DNA of 64,000 nt, taken from positions 161,499 through 225,498 of the forward strand of contig JANRKO010000039.1 of NCBI GenBank assembly GCA_033763455.1, read 5' to 3'. Origin of the DNA: Polyangiaceae bacterium. Its GTDB lineage: Bacteria; Myxococcota_A; Polyangia; Polyangiales; Polyangiaceae. Every line of letters starts with the position of its first letter. The first letter of the stretch is position 1. This document shows, one piece after another, positions 10,244 through 18,566 of the stretch. The notes below the pieces were generated by a model. That model was not told the DNA's origin. It searched no databases and saw nothing but the letters and a program-made list of their open reading frames with translations. The position numbers and the translations under genes are program-made.

Positions 10244-11352
10244 GCCGCTGCCACCTTCTTCTTGCGCCGAGCCATGACCCCACCGAGGAGCCCTTTGGGC
10301 AAGAACAGCGTGACCAAGATGAACAACATACCGAGGAAATACAGCCAAATCTCCGGGAAAGAGCCCGTGAGCCAACTCTTGGCACCATTGACAACTGCCG
10401 CACCGAGCGCCGCCCCCACCAGCGTAGAGCGCCCACCCACGGCGACCCAAATGGCCATCTCAATCGAATTGGCCGGTTGCATCTCGCCTGGGTTGATGAT
10501 GCCAACTTGGGGCACGTACAAGGCTCCTGCCAAGCCGCACACCACCGCTGAAAGCGTCCAGGCAAAGAGCTTGTAGGTCAGTGGGTTGTAGCCCGAAAGC
10601 GCCACCTTAGATTCATCGTCTCGCACGGCCCTCAACACCATCCCAGCCTTGCTGGTGACGATATATCGGAAGATCAGATACATCACCAACAGCGCCACCA
10701 CTGAGATCACGTAGAGCGCTACCTTCGTGCTCTCTGCTGCGAGCGGCCAACCGTAGATACGCTTAAAATCGGTAAGCCCGTTGTTGCCACCGAACCCCGT
10801 TTCGTTGCGAAAGAAGAGCAGCATGAACGCAAACGTCATGGCCTGCGTAATAATCGAGAAATAGACCCCCCGAATGCGAGACCTGAATGCAAAATACCCG
10901 AACACGAATGCCAAAACGCCAGGCACCAGGAGCGCCATCGCTATCGCAAAGAAGAAGTTGTCAAAACCTAGCCAAAACCAAGGCAATTCCTTCCAATCAA
11001 GGAACACCATGAAATCTGGCAAGCGGCTGCGGTACACACCTTGGCCTGCTATCTCCAGCATCAGGTGCATGCCCATTGCGTAGCCTCCGAGCGCAAAGAA
11101 CACGCCGTGCCCAAGGCTGAGAATTCCCGTAAACCCCCAAATGAGATCCATGGCCAATGCAACAAGTGCGTAGCAGGCAAACTTCCCAAGGATAGTTACG
11201 ATGTACGTAGGTATGTGAAGCGGCGAGGCTTCCGAGAGCTCTAGATTCAGCACGGGTACTAACACTGCTAGAAGGAGCAGCACTCCGAGCCAGATCGAGA
11301 GCCCACGGCGTGAATGAATGCGGTTGAGCACGCTCAGCATTTTCTGCGTCAC
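10240..11352 (-). CDS. urtC: Urea ABC transporter permease UrtC
   Basis: DLIWGFTGILSLGHG, LPDFMVFLDW, GFGGNNGLTDF. Confidence 0.95.
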   Translation of the reverse strand: MTQKMLSVLNRIHSRRGLSIWLGVLLLLAVLVPVLNLELSEASPLHIPTYIVTILGKFACYALVALAMDLIWGFTGILSLGHGVFFALGGYAMGMHLMLEIAGQGVYRSRLPDFMVFLDWKELPWFWLGFDNFFFAIAMALLVPGVLAFVFGYFAFRSRIRGVYFSIITQAMTFAFMLLFFRNETGFGGNNGLTDFKRIYGWPLAAESTKVALYVISVVALLVMYLIFRYIVTSKAGMVLRAVRDDESKVALSGYNPLTYKLFAWTLSAVVCGLAGALYVPQVGIINPGEMQPANSIEMAIWVAVGGRSTLVGAALGAAVVNGAKSWLTGSFPEIWLYFLGMLFILVTLFLPKGLLGGVMARRKKKVAAA

Positions 11353-12956
11353 GCCTCCGCGGCGCGCCCCTTGAGAGCAAATATTCCTTGGGGGCGCTTC
11401 TGAATGAATAGGATCAATAGCACTAAGAGCAATATCTTACCCAAGACCGCCCCAGCCACGGGTTCGAGAAACTTGGATGTAAGGCCGAGCCCCAACGCGC
11501 CACAAACCGTGCCCAACACACTGCCCACACCACCCACCACCACCACCATGAAAGAATCCACGATGAAGCTTTGGCCGAGCTCGGGCCCCACATTACCAAG
11601 CTGAGAAAGCGCCACACCCCCGAGCCCCGCGACCCCAGAACCAAGCCCAAATGTCCACATATCCACCCGGCGCGTGGAGATCCCAAGCGCTGCCGCCATA
11701 GCTCGATTTTGAGTAACAGCGCGCACCTTGAGCCCAAGGCTTGTTCGCTGGAGCAACAGATATACAAAGGTTACCACCACCAACACAAAGGCAATCACCA
11801 GTAGCCGACTGTAGGGTAACACCACAGTGGGTAGAAGCTCGAAGCCTCCACTCAACCATTCTGGGTTTGCCACCGTTACGTTTTGCGCACCAAAGATGAG
11901 CCTCACCGTTTGAATAAGAAGTAAGCTAAGGCCAAAGGTTGCAAGTAAGGTCTCTAGCGGGCGCCCGTAGAGAAAACGAATCACGGTGCGCTCCAATATT
12001 ATGCCAACAAGCGTGCACACGGCGAAGGCCACGGGCACCGCGAGGATCAGGTAATACTCCTTGAGCCCCGGCGCGGATTTTGCGAGCACGTTTTGCACAA
12101 CAAACGTAGAGTAGGCTCCTATCATCAGCATTTCGCCGTGCGCCATGTTGATCACTCGCATCAGCCCAAAAGTTATCGCCAACCCGAGAGCGGCGAGCAA
12201 TAGCACGCTTCCTAGACTCAAGCCATAAAAGAGGTTGCCTACCAAATTGGTGAAGAATAGCTTCGTTTCGATGCGGCTGAGTGCTTCCTTGGCTGCCGCA
12301 CGCACGGACGCGTCCGACTCGTTAAATACTCCACCCCCTCCTTTGAGTGTTAACGCTTCAAACGTGGAACGCATTCGCACATCTCCTCCGAGCACCTTCA
12401 CGGCATTGAGCCGTTTCTTCGCGTCGGAGCTCACCAGGTTGAGCTTGGCGAGGCCCTGCAAAACCAGCGCGCGAATTTCTGCATCTTGCTCCGCGCGGCT
12501 CGCCTGTTCGAGAACGGGCTCCATTCCACTGGGTGGATCTTTAGCAATCTCCTGCGCGGCGTCGTACCGCACCGAACGATCCGGCGAGAGCAACCGGAGC
12601 CGAGCGAGTGCGGTAGAAAGTGCTCGCCTGGCCCTATTGTTAAGAACTGGAGCCCGCGTAAAGCTCGGGGGTTGCGCGGCTTCGAACGTTCTGGCGTCCA
12701 GCCACCGATGGTTGATTCGCACATAAACTCTCCCCTCTCCCACTTTGAGCTCTTCCCGTTCAAGCGCCAAAAGTAACTGAAAAGCCTTAGGATCGGCGGA
12801 CACTCCTAGCTCGGTAACCACCGCCGCAACGTCGGGATCTGCACCCGCCAACTGTTCCACCACCTGCGGCAAATCAGCCCCGAAGGCGCTGTGCGTGAAG
12901 CAACATTGCGCGACGAGCAGTTGCACCAAGATCGCCAGGAGTCGTAGAAAATGCAT
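11349..12956 (-). CDS. urtB: Urea ABC transporter permease UrtB with periplasmic N-terminal domain
   Basis: GLAITFGLMRVINMAHGE, LYGRPLETLLAT; start ATG 12956 preceded by GGAGG. Confidence 0.95.
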   Translation of the reverse strand: MHFLRLLAILVQLLVAQCCFTHSAFGADLPQVVEQLAGADPDVAAVVTELGVSADPKAFQLLLALEREELKVGEGRVYVRINHRWLDARTFEAAQPPSFTRAPVLNNRARRALSTALARLRLLSPDRSVRYDAAQEIAKDPPSGMEPVLEQASRAEQDAEIRALVLQGLAKLNLVSSDAKKRLNAVKVLGGDVRMRSTFEALTLKGGGGVFNESDASVRAAAKEALSRIETKLFFTNLVGNLFYGLSLGSVLLLAALGLAITFGLMRVINMAHGEMLMIGAYSTFVVQNVLAKSAPGLKEYYLILAVPVAFAVCTLVGIILERTVIRFLYGRPLETLLATFGLSLLLIQTVRLIFGAQNVTVANPEWLSGGFELLPTVVLPYSRLLVIAFVLVVVTFVYLLLQRTSLGLKVRAVTQNRAMAAALGISTRRVDMWTFGLGSGVAGLGGVALSQLGNVGPELGQSFIVDSFMVVVVGGVGSVLGTVCGALGLGLTSKFLEPVAGAVLGKILLLVLLILFIQKRPQGIFALKGRAAEA

Positions 12957-13071
12957 ATTCCTCCAAAGTGCACAGGGTTCCACCCGTTCACCCGTGGGTG
13001 CGCTCGATGTTCGCGCGCACGCCACGGATGGGGCCTCTCAATGGGCGAGGCGAGAAGCGTCGTGGGGACGC

Positions 13072-14448
13072 TTACATGGGCTTGTATTTCGCGCTCGTGC
13101 AGTTGCCGCAAACCCAAGGGAACGACCAATCTGCGACTTTGTCTTTACTGTCAGGCACGTATTTGCTCCAAGGCTCCGCACGAATCGGCCCTTCCGTCTT
13201 CCAGACGATTTCAAACTGGCCGTCCGCACGGACCTCTGCGATATAAACAGGCTTGATCAGATGGTGGTTCTTACCATCCATCACCGCATCGAACCCTGAA
13301 GGCGCCTTCACGGTTTGCCCGCCTACAGCCTGTCGAACGGCGTTCACATCCGTAGTGCCAGCCTGCGCCACAGCCTGCGCCCACATCTTGATACCGATGT
13401 ATGTGGCCTCCATAGGATCATTGGTAACCCGCTTGTCTCCATCCGGAAGGTTCTTAGCCTTCACGTAATCCTTCCAAGACTGGATGAACGCCTTATTTTC
13501 AGGGTTATCAATCGACATGAAGTAATTCCACGCTGCCAGGTGGCCCACGAGCGGCTTGGTATCGATACCGCGCAACTCCTCTTCACCGACTGAGAAGGCA
13601 ACCACGGGAATGTCTTCAGCCTTGAGGCCCTGATTAGCGAGCTCCTTGTAGAAGGGAACGTTGGAGTCGCCGTTGATAGTGGAGATAACTGCTGTGCGTT
13701 TGCCCGCCGCGAACTTTTTGATGTCCGCCACGATTGTTTGGTAGTCGCTGTGACCAAACGGTGTGTACTTCTCCATGATGTCTTCATCCGCAATCTTCTG
13801 GTCTTTCAGGAAGTAGCGGAGGATCTTGTTGGTGGTGCGCGGGTACACATAATCTGTGCCCAGAAGTACAAAGCGCTTCGCACCGCCACCTTTGGCACTC
13901 ATGAGGTATTCGAGAGCCGGGATCGCCTGTTGATTCGGCGCCGCTCCGGTGTAAAAAACGTTGAACGAGGATTCTTCTCCTTCGTACTGAACCGGATAGA
14001 ACAGAAGACCGTTCAACTCTTCAAACACGGGGAGCACGCTCTTTCGGGACACACTCGTCCAGCAGCCAAACACCACCGCCACTTTCTTGTTGAGCAACTC
14101 CCGAGCTTTCTCGGCAAATAGCGGCCAATTCGAAGCGGGATCGACCACCACTGGCTCAAGCTGCCGGCCGAGCACACCACCTTTGGCGTTGATCTGTTCG
14201 ATGGTCATCAACGCCACATCCTTAAGGGATGTTTCGCTAATCGCCATCGTGCCGGATAGGGAGTGCAAGATGCCAACTTTGATGGGCCCCTTGTCGTCGG
14301 CCACGGGGGCGGGAGCCGGGGCAGCTTCAGCCGGTGCCGCCGAGGCGCTTGCAGCGGCCTGAGTGGGGGTAGAGTCGGCAGCGGGCCCTTTACAGCCCAG
14401 ACTCATCATCCCCGAAAACGCTAGTGTTAAGAGCAGCCTTCTTTTCAT
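13072..14448 (-). CDS. urtA: Urea ABC transporter substrate-binding lipoprotein UrtA
   Basis: HSLSGTMAISE, FGCWTSVSRK, YPVQYEG, DYVYPR; lipobox SLGC. Confidence 0.96.
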   Translation of the reverse strand: MKRRLLLTLAFSGMMSLGCKGPAADSTPTQAAASASAAPAEAAPAPAPVADDKGPIKVGILHSLSGTMAISETSLKDVALMTIEQINAKGGVLGRQLEPVVVDPASNWPLFAEKARELLNKKVAVVFGCWTSVSRKSVLPVFEELNGLLFYPVQYEGEESSFNVFYTGAAPNQQAIPALEYLMSAKGGGAKRFVLLGTDYVYPRTTNKILRYFLKDQKIADEDIMEKYTPFGHSDYQTIVADIKKFAAGKRTAVISTINGDSNVPFYKELANQGLKAEDIPVVAFSVGEEELRGIDTKPLVGHLAAWNYFMSIDNPENKAFIQSWKDYVKAKNLPDGDKRVTNDPMEATYIGIKMWAQAVAQAGTTDVNAVRQAVGGQTVKAPSGFDAVMDGKNHHLIKPVYIAEVRADGQFEIVWKTEGPIRAEPWSKYVPDSKDKVADWSFPWVCGNCTSAKYKPM

Positions 14449-14477
14449 AACGATCCTCGCTTTCGCTGCCGACAAGG

Positions 14478-14534
14478 TCAGCAGCCAGCTCCTTTTGTTG
14501 AAGCCCCAATGCTCCCCAGAATCTGGATTTTCAT
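14478..14534 (-). other. Possible 18-aa upstream ORF (MKIQILGSIGASTKGAGC)
   Basis: GGAGGAG Shine-Dalgarno just before ATG 14534; ends about 30 nt before the urtA ATG. Confidence 0.35.
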
Positions 14535-14626
14535 AAGCTCTCCTCCGTTGCTCAAAGCGTTCGTTTCAAGTTGGTGAGTCGACAGCCATCAAGCTGCCGA
14601 CATGTGCGCACCATTCTCGACCTGCA

Positions 14627-14650
14627 GTTTCTCAATCGTTTCGAAACGAT
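14627..14650 (-). promoter_or_regulatory. Putative nitrogen-regulon box upstream of urtA, overlapping a 16-bp palindrome
   Basis: Minus strand GAAAC-gattga-GAAAC (14627-14642); ATCGTTTCGAAACGAT at 14635-14650. Confidence 0.55.
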
Positions 14651-14695
14651 GTAGCTGGCGATTTGTTGGGGCGCCGACTGGCCACGCTTGAGCAA

Positions 14696-16426
14696 CTATT
14701 CCGGCCGGCCAGCTCTAAATGCACGCCAGCCGCCAAATTCACTGATATTGCGTGCGCCTTCCAGCGCGTAGCTTTCGCAGTTGAAACCCTTCACCTGGGT
14801 ACCGTCCGATAGTGTGGTAACGCCGATCGTCATAGGCTCCGGCACCTGTGCCACGAAGGACCCAAAAGCCTCTGCGCTGAGCTCCCACACTTCGACTTCG
14901 ATGGCGTGCCCCGCCTTCCCTGGTGTGCGCACCAGCCCCGGCTTAGGCGGCGTGGTTGCCAAGGCAAAAAGCTGATAATCTGAACTTGTTTTGCAAGTTT
15001 GTATGCGGCGTGCTCCCCGCGACGTGAGCTCGTGATTCAACGGTTGCCCGCTCAGGTGCGCCCCCGCAACGGCCAACCACACCGCGCCAGTGCTCCGCTC
15101 TCGCTTAGAGCCTTCGCCCAAGAAACGCTCGCCCAATTCGAGGAGCCGAGGCTCAGCAAATGCAGGGCCCATGAGCGTTACCCCGAACGGCAGACCGTTC
15201 TTTCGAAACCCAGCTGGGATGGCGAGCGCTGACAGATCCAGCAAATTCACGAAGTTGGTATAAGTACCAAGGCGCGCGTTCAGGGTTATCGGATCTGAAA
15301 GGACCTCCGCCACCCGATAGTGCGTGGGCGCCGTAGGCAACAAGAGAGCATCAAAATGGGCCAAAATGGGCGCAATCTGCAGCTTCAATTCGCTCAGGCG
15401 GTGTTGAGCCCGAAAGGTGTCCACCGCCGTATGGCGATGCCCGCCGAGCAATATTTCGTGCACCACAGAGTCCATACCGGCCGGCGCACTTTTTAAGAAC
15501 GATTCCAACGGAGCTAACCGCTCGGCCACCCATGGCCCAGAATACAGGAGACGAGCCGCTTCAAGAAAAGGCTCTAAACTGAAGCTCTCAATCTTCCAAC
15601 CGAGGCCCTGCGCTTGCTTAACCGCAGCAGCAAACAGCTCCGCGCTTTCCGAGTCTCCGAAAAATTCCAAATCCTCGGTTCGTGGCACGGCAAGGCGCGC
15701 TAGCCCATCCCCCAGGCCCACACAAAAAGAAGCCGGGCGGGCAAATGGATCTAGCGGAACGACACCACTTACGAGGTTAAGTAGGAGCTTTGCATCCGCC
15801 ACGGAGTGTGCGAACAAAGAAACACAATCCAGCGAGCGGCAGGCTGGCACCACACCGCGCGTGCTCACCAAACCTCGCGTCGGCTTTAGCCCCACCAAGT
15901 TATTGAAGGATGCAGGCACTCGCCCGGACCCAGCTGTGTCCGTACCTAGCGAAAATGTGGACAAACCTAGCGCCACGCTCACCGCGGAGCCCGAACTTGA
16001 ACCCCCGGAAATGTAGTCCGAATTGAACACCGAGCGACACTCGCCGTAAGGGCTGCGCGTGCCGACAAGGCCAGTAGCGAACTGATCCATATTGGTTTTC
16101 CCGACCACGATGGCACCTGCCTGGCAAAGGCGTTCAACCACGGGGGCATTTTCGGTCGGGAAGTATTTGAAGCTTGGGCAAGCAGCCGTAGTTGGCAGGC
16201 CACGCACATCAATGTTGTCTTTGACGGAAAACGGGACGCCATAAAGGGGCAGCGATGGGTCCCTTTGGGTGAGCGCCTCCAACATAGACTCCAGCGAGAA
16301 GCTGGAGATGAACGCGTTTTGAGCAGAAGCGGCCGCAACACCTTCGGCAACCTCTTCAAGGGCCTCGCGAGGACTTTTGTTCCCGGAGCGGTACGACCCA
16401 ACTAGCTCCGATATCTTGGTTTTCAT
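14696..16426 (-). CDS. atzF: Allophanate hydrolase
   Basis: KDNIDV, GKTNMDQFATGLVGTRSPYG, GGSSSGS, GTDTAGSGRVP; C-terminal GAHLSGQPLN domain. Confidence 0.95.
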   Translation of the reverse strand: MKTKISELVGSYRSGNKSPREALEEVAEGVAAASAQNAFISSFSLESMLEALTQRDPSLPLYGVPFSVKDNIDVRGLPTTAACPSFKYFPTENAPVVERLCQAGAIVVGKTNMDQFATGLVGTRSPYGECRSVFNSDYISGGSSSGSAVSVALGLSTFSLGTDTAGSGRVPASFNNLVGLKPTRGLVSTRGVVPACRSLDCVSLFAHSVADAKLLLNLVSGVVPLDPFARPASFCVGLGDGLARLAVPRTEDLEFFGDSESAELFAAAVKQAQGLGWKIESFSLEPFLEAARLLYSGPWVAERLAPLESFLKSAPAGMDSVVHEILLGGHRHTAVDTFRAQHRLSELKLQIAPILAHFDALLLPTAPTHYRVAEVLSDPITLNARLGTYTNFVNLLDLSALAIPAGFRKNGLPFGVTLMGPAFAEPRLLELGERFLGEGSKRERSTGAVWLAVAGAHLSGQPLNHELTSRGARRIQTCKTSSDYQLFALATTPPKPGLVRTPGKAGHAIEVEVWELSAEAFGSFVAQVPEPMTIGVTTLSDGTQVKGFNCESYALEGARNISEFGGWRAFRAGRPE

Positions 16427-16509
16427 GGACGTTTCTTCTTGGGGAGTTCTAGCAGAGCGGCGTCACCATCAAAATCGTAATCGTGCTTTCGAGAACAGTT
16501 TATCGCCAG

Positions 16510-16525
16510 GAAAACGCCCGGAAAC
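16510..16525 (+). promoter_or_regulatory. Putative nitrogen-regulon box upstream of trtA (1 mismatch)
   Basis: GAAAA-cgcccg-GAAAC in the divergent atzF/trtA gap. Confidence 0.4.
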
Positions 16526-16569
16526 GATCAGAGAGAGAACCTCTTGCCAAGCCAAGACTCCGCACTCTC

Positions 16570-17238
16570 ATGCCCACCACCCTGATCCAAGCAGAGCCGG
16601 AACCCATCGCGGTTAATTGGGCGCGTACCGCGCTTGTCATCATCGACATGCAGCGGGATTTCTTGGAGAAGGGCGGCTTTGGCGAGTCACTCGGCAACGA
16701 TGTATCGCTCCTTGGTCGCGCTATTTTGCCGTGCAAAGCACTGCTGACGGCAGCACGCCAGCACGAGGTTTTTGTCATTCATACTCGCGAAGGCCACCGC
16801 CCAGACCTCTCCGACGCTCCGCGCGCCAAAGTGGAGCGCGGTGCACCTAGCCTACGCATCGGGGCACCTGGCCCTATGGGGCGCATTCTTGTGCGCGGTG
16901 AGCCGGGGCACGACATCATTGCCGAGCTTGCTCCCGTGCCGGGCGAACCGGTGATCGACAAACCGGGGAAAGGCGCTTTTTACGCGACGGACCTGGCCGC
17001 CATCCTCTCCAACCGTGGCATTGATTCTTTGATCGTTTGTGGAGTTACTACCGAAGTGTGTGTGCACACCACCGTACGCGAGGCCAATGATCGCGGATTT
17101 CGTTGCATCGTCCCGAGCGACTGCTGCGGCTCATACTTTCCAGAATTTCATGAAGTGGCCTTGCGGATGATCAAGGCACAGGGCGGTATTTTTGGTTGGG
17201 TGACGGATTCGAAAAGCGTACTCGCGGCCCTCAAGTGA
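16570..17238 (+). CDS. trtA: Isochorismatase-like cysteine hydrolase, triuret hydrolase type
   Basis: IDMQRDFLEKGGFGESLGND, DKPGKGAFYAT, GVTTEVCV, SYFPEFH, AQGGIFGW. These resemble TrtA more than BiuH (from recall); the D-K-C triad is intact. Confidence 0.8.
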   Translation: MPTTLIQAEPEPIAVNWARTALVIIDMQRDFLEKGGFGESLGNDVSLLGRAILPCKALLTAARQHEVFVIHTREGHRPDLSDAPRAKVERGAPSLRIGAPGPMGRILVRGEPGHDIIAELAPVPGEPVIDKPGKGAFYATDLAAILSNRGIDSLIVCGVTTEVCVHTTVREANDRGFRCIVPSDCCGSYFPEFHEVALRMIKAQGGIFGWVTDSKSVLAALK

Positions 17239-17269
17239 CACCGAGGCACTGAAGGCGATTCCCACTTCA

Positions 17270-17635
17270 CTATTCGTCCGCCAGGAACTTCACGGATCGC
17301 TCCCAAACAATGAGCACCAAGCAACCCTCCTCACTCCAAACCGAATGCGAGCTCCCAGGCGCGTTCACTACGAACGTTCCTGCATCATATCGACCACTTT
17401 CATCTTCTTGAGCGCCTTCCAACACCCAGATGTGCTCGTAGCCCGGATGCCGGTGCGCCGGAATTCTAGCTCCCGGTGCGTAACGCAAGAGTGCCGAAGA
17501 GCTACCCGTTTGGGCATCCTCGTAGATCACTGACATCTCAACGCCATCTCGGAAAGGATGGAACCCACCACGAGCCAGAATGGACGCCTGATCACAACGG
17601 AGCGTTAGCGGCCTACCGCGAGAAGAATCGCTCAA
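17270..17635 (-). CDS. ChrR-like cupin
   Basis: LLRYAPGARIPAHRHPGYEHIWVLEG...NAPGSSH; 4-nt overlap with the biuH stop. Confidence 0.85.
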   Translation of the reverse strand: MSDSSRGRPLTLRCDQASILARGGFHPFRDGVEMSVIYEDAQTGSSSALLRYAPGARIPAHRHPGYEHIWVLEGAQEDESGRYDAGTFVVNAPGSSHSVWSEEGCLVLIVWERSVKFLADE

Positions 17636-18327
17636 AGCAGCACCGAAAGCAGGCTTTCGGAGCTGGAAACGGCTCCAAAAACCCCATTTTGCATGGTTAC
17701 CATCTTAAGAGCGGCGTGATGATTGCCAACATCGGTAGCTGCGCAACAGTCAGAAAGGATCAGGCACTCGTAGCCTCGATCATTGGCTTCACGCATGGTG
17801 GTGTGCACGCACACATCCGTGGTGATACCGGTCAAGACGAGATTCCGAATGCCTTTTTGGCGCAGCAGCATGTCGAGATCTGTTGCGCAGAAAGATCCTT
17901 TGCCCGGCTTATCGATGATGGGCTCCCCCGCTAACGGCTTGAGCTCGGGGATAATATCCCAACCGGGCTCGCCTCGCACCAACACCCTCCCGCATGGCCC
18001 GAGGTCTCCAATGCCGGTTTGGCCCGGGCCGCCGTCCTGCAAACGGCGGGACCTCCAGCGCTTGTTCGCGGGCAAATCTGACAGATCCGCTCGGTGCCCT
18101 TCGCGCGTGTGGAGCACGAGAAACCCTCCGGCTCGAAACGCCTCCAACACCCGAGCGATGGGTGCAATGCACGCTCGTGTGAGCGAAATATCGTAGCCGA
18201 GAAGATCGATGTAGCCGCCTTTGCCGCAGAAGTCGGTCTGCATATCGATCACGATAAGAGCCGTATTTTCGGGTCTAAGGTCTCCGTCAAACGGCCAAGC
18301 GTACGGATCTGCGGGAACATATCGCAT
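17632..18327 (-). CDS. biuH: Biuret amidohydrolase
   Basis: ADPYAWP, IDMQTDFCGKGGY, DLPANKRWRS, KPGKGSFCAT, GITTDVCV; very close to characterised BiuH (from recall). Confidence 0.88.
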   Translation of the reverse strand: MRYVPADPYAWPFDGDLRPENTALIVIDMQTDFCGKGGYIDLLGYDISLTRACIAPIARVLEAFRAGGFLVLHTREGHRADLSDLPANKRWRSRRLQDGGPGQTGIGDLGPCGRVLVRGEPGWDIIPELKPLAGEPIIDKPGKGSFCATDLDMLLRQKGIRNLVLTGITTDVCVHTTMREANDRGYECLILSDCCAATDVGNHHAALKMVTMQNGVFGAVSSSESLLSVLL

Positions 18328-18384
18328 CGAATACCTCACGTATTAAGGGGGGCCATCTTATCGAGCTTATCTCAGCGCTTGACC

Positions 18385-18400
18385 GTTTCGCTTTTGTTTC
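18385..18400 (-). promoter_or_regulatory. Putative nitrogen-regulon box between biuH and the porin gene
   Basis: Minus strand GAAAC-aaaagc-GAAAC. Confidence 0.55.
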
Positions 18401-18566
18401 GTGACCGCGTCGCAGCTGATCTCGCAAAAATCGAACGCACAGCGATCACTCGATTCGTTTTGTGCGCCACGAATCGCGCACGACACACCGAGTTAACATT
18501 GCTTGGGTGATGGTCCGCGGCGTTGGTCCGTCTTTAACCCGACAACGCAAAATGCAGGTGTCACTT

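Noticed and set aside
14442..14534. Selenoprotein reading (MKIQILG...C-U-P-C) of the urtA upstream ORF
   Set aside because: Read-through gives only 29 aa before the next TGA, no thioredoxin body follows, and no SECIS is evident.
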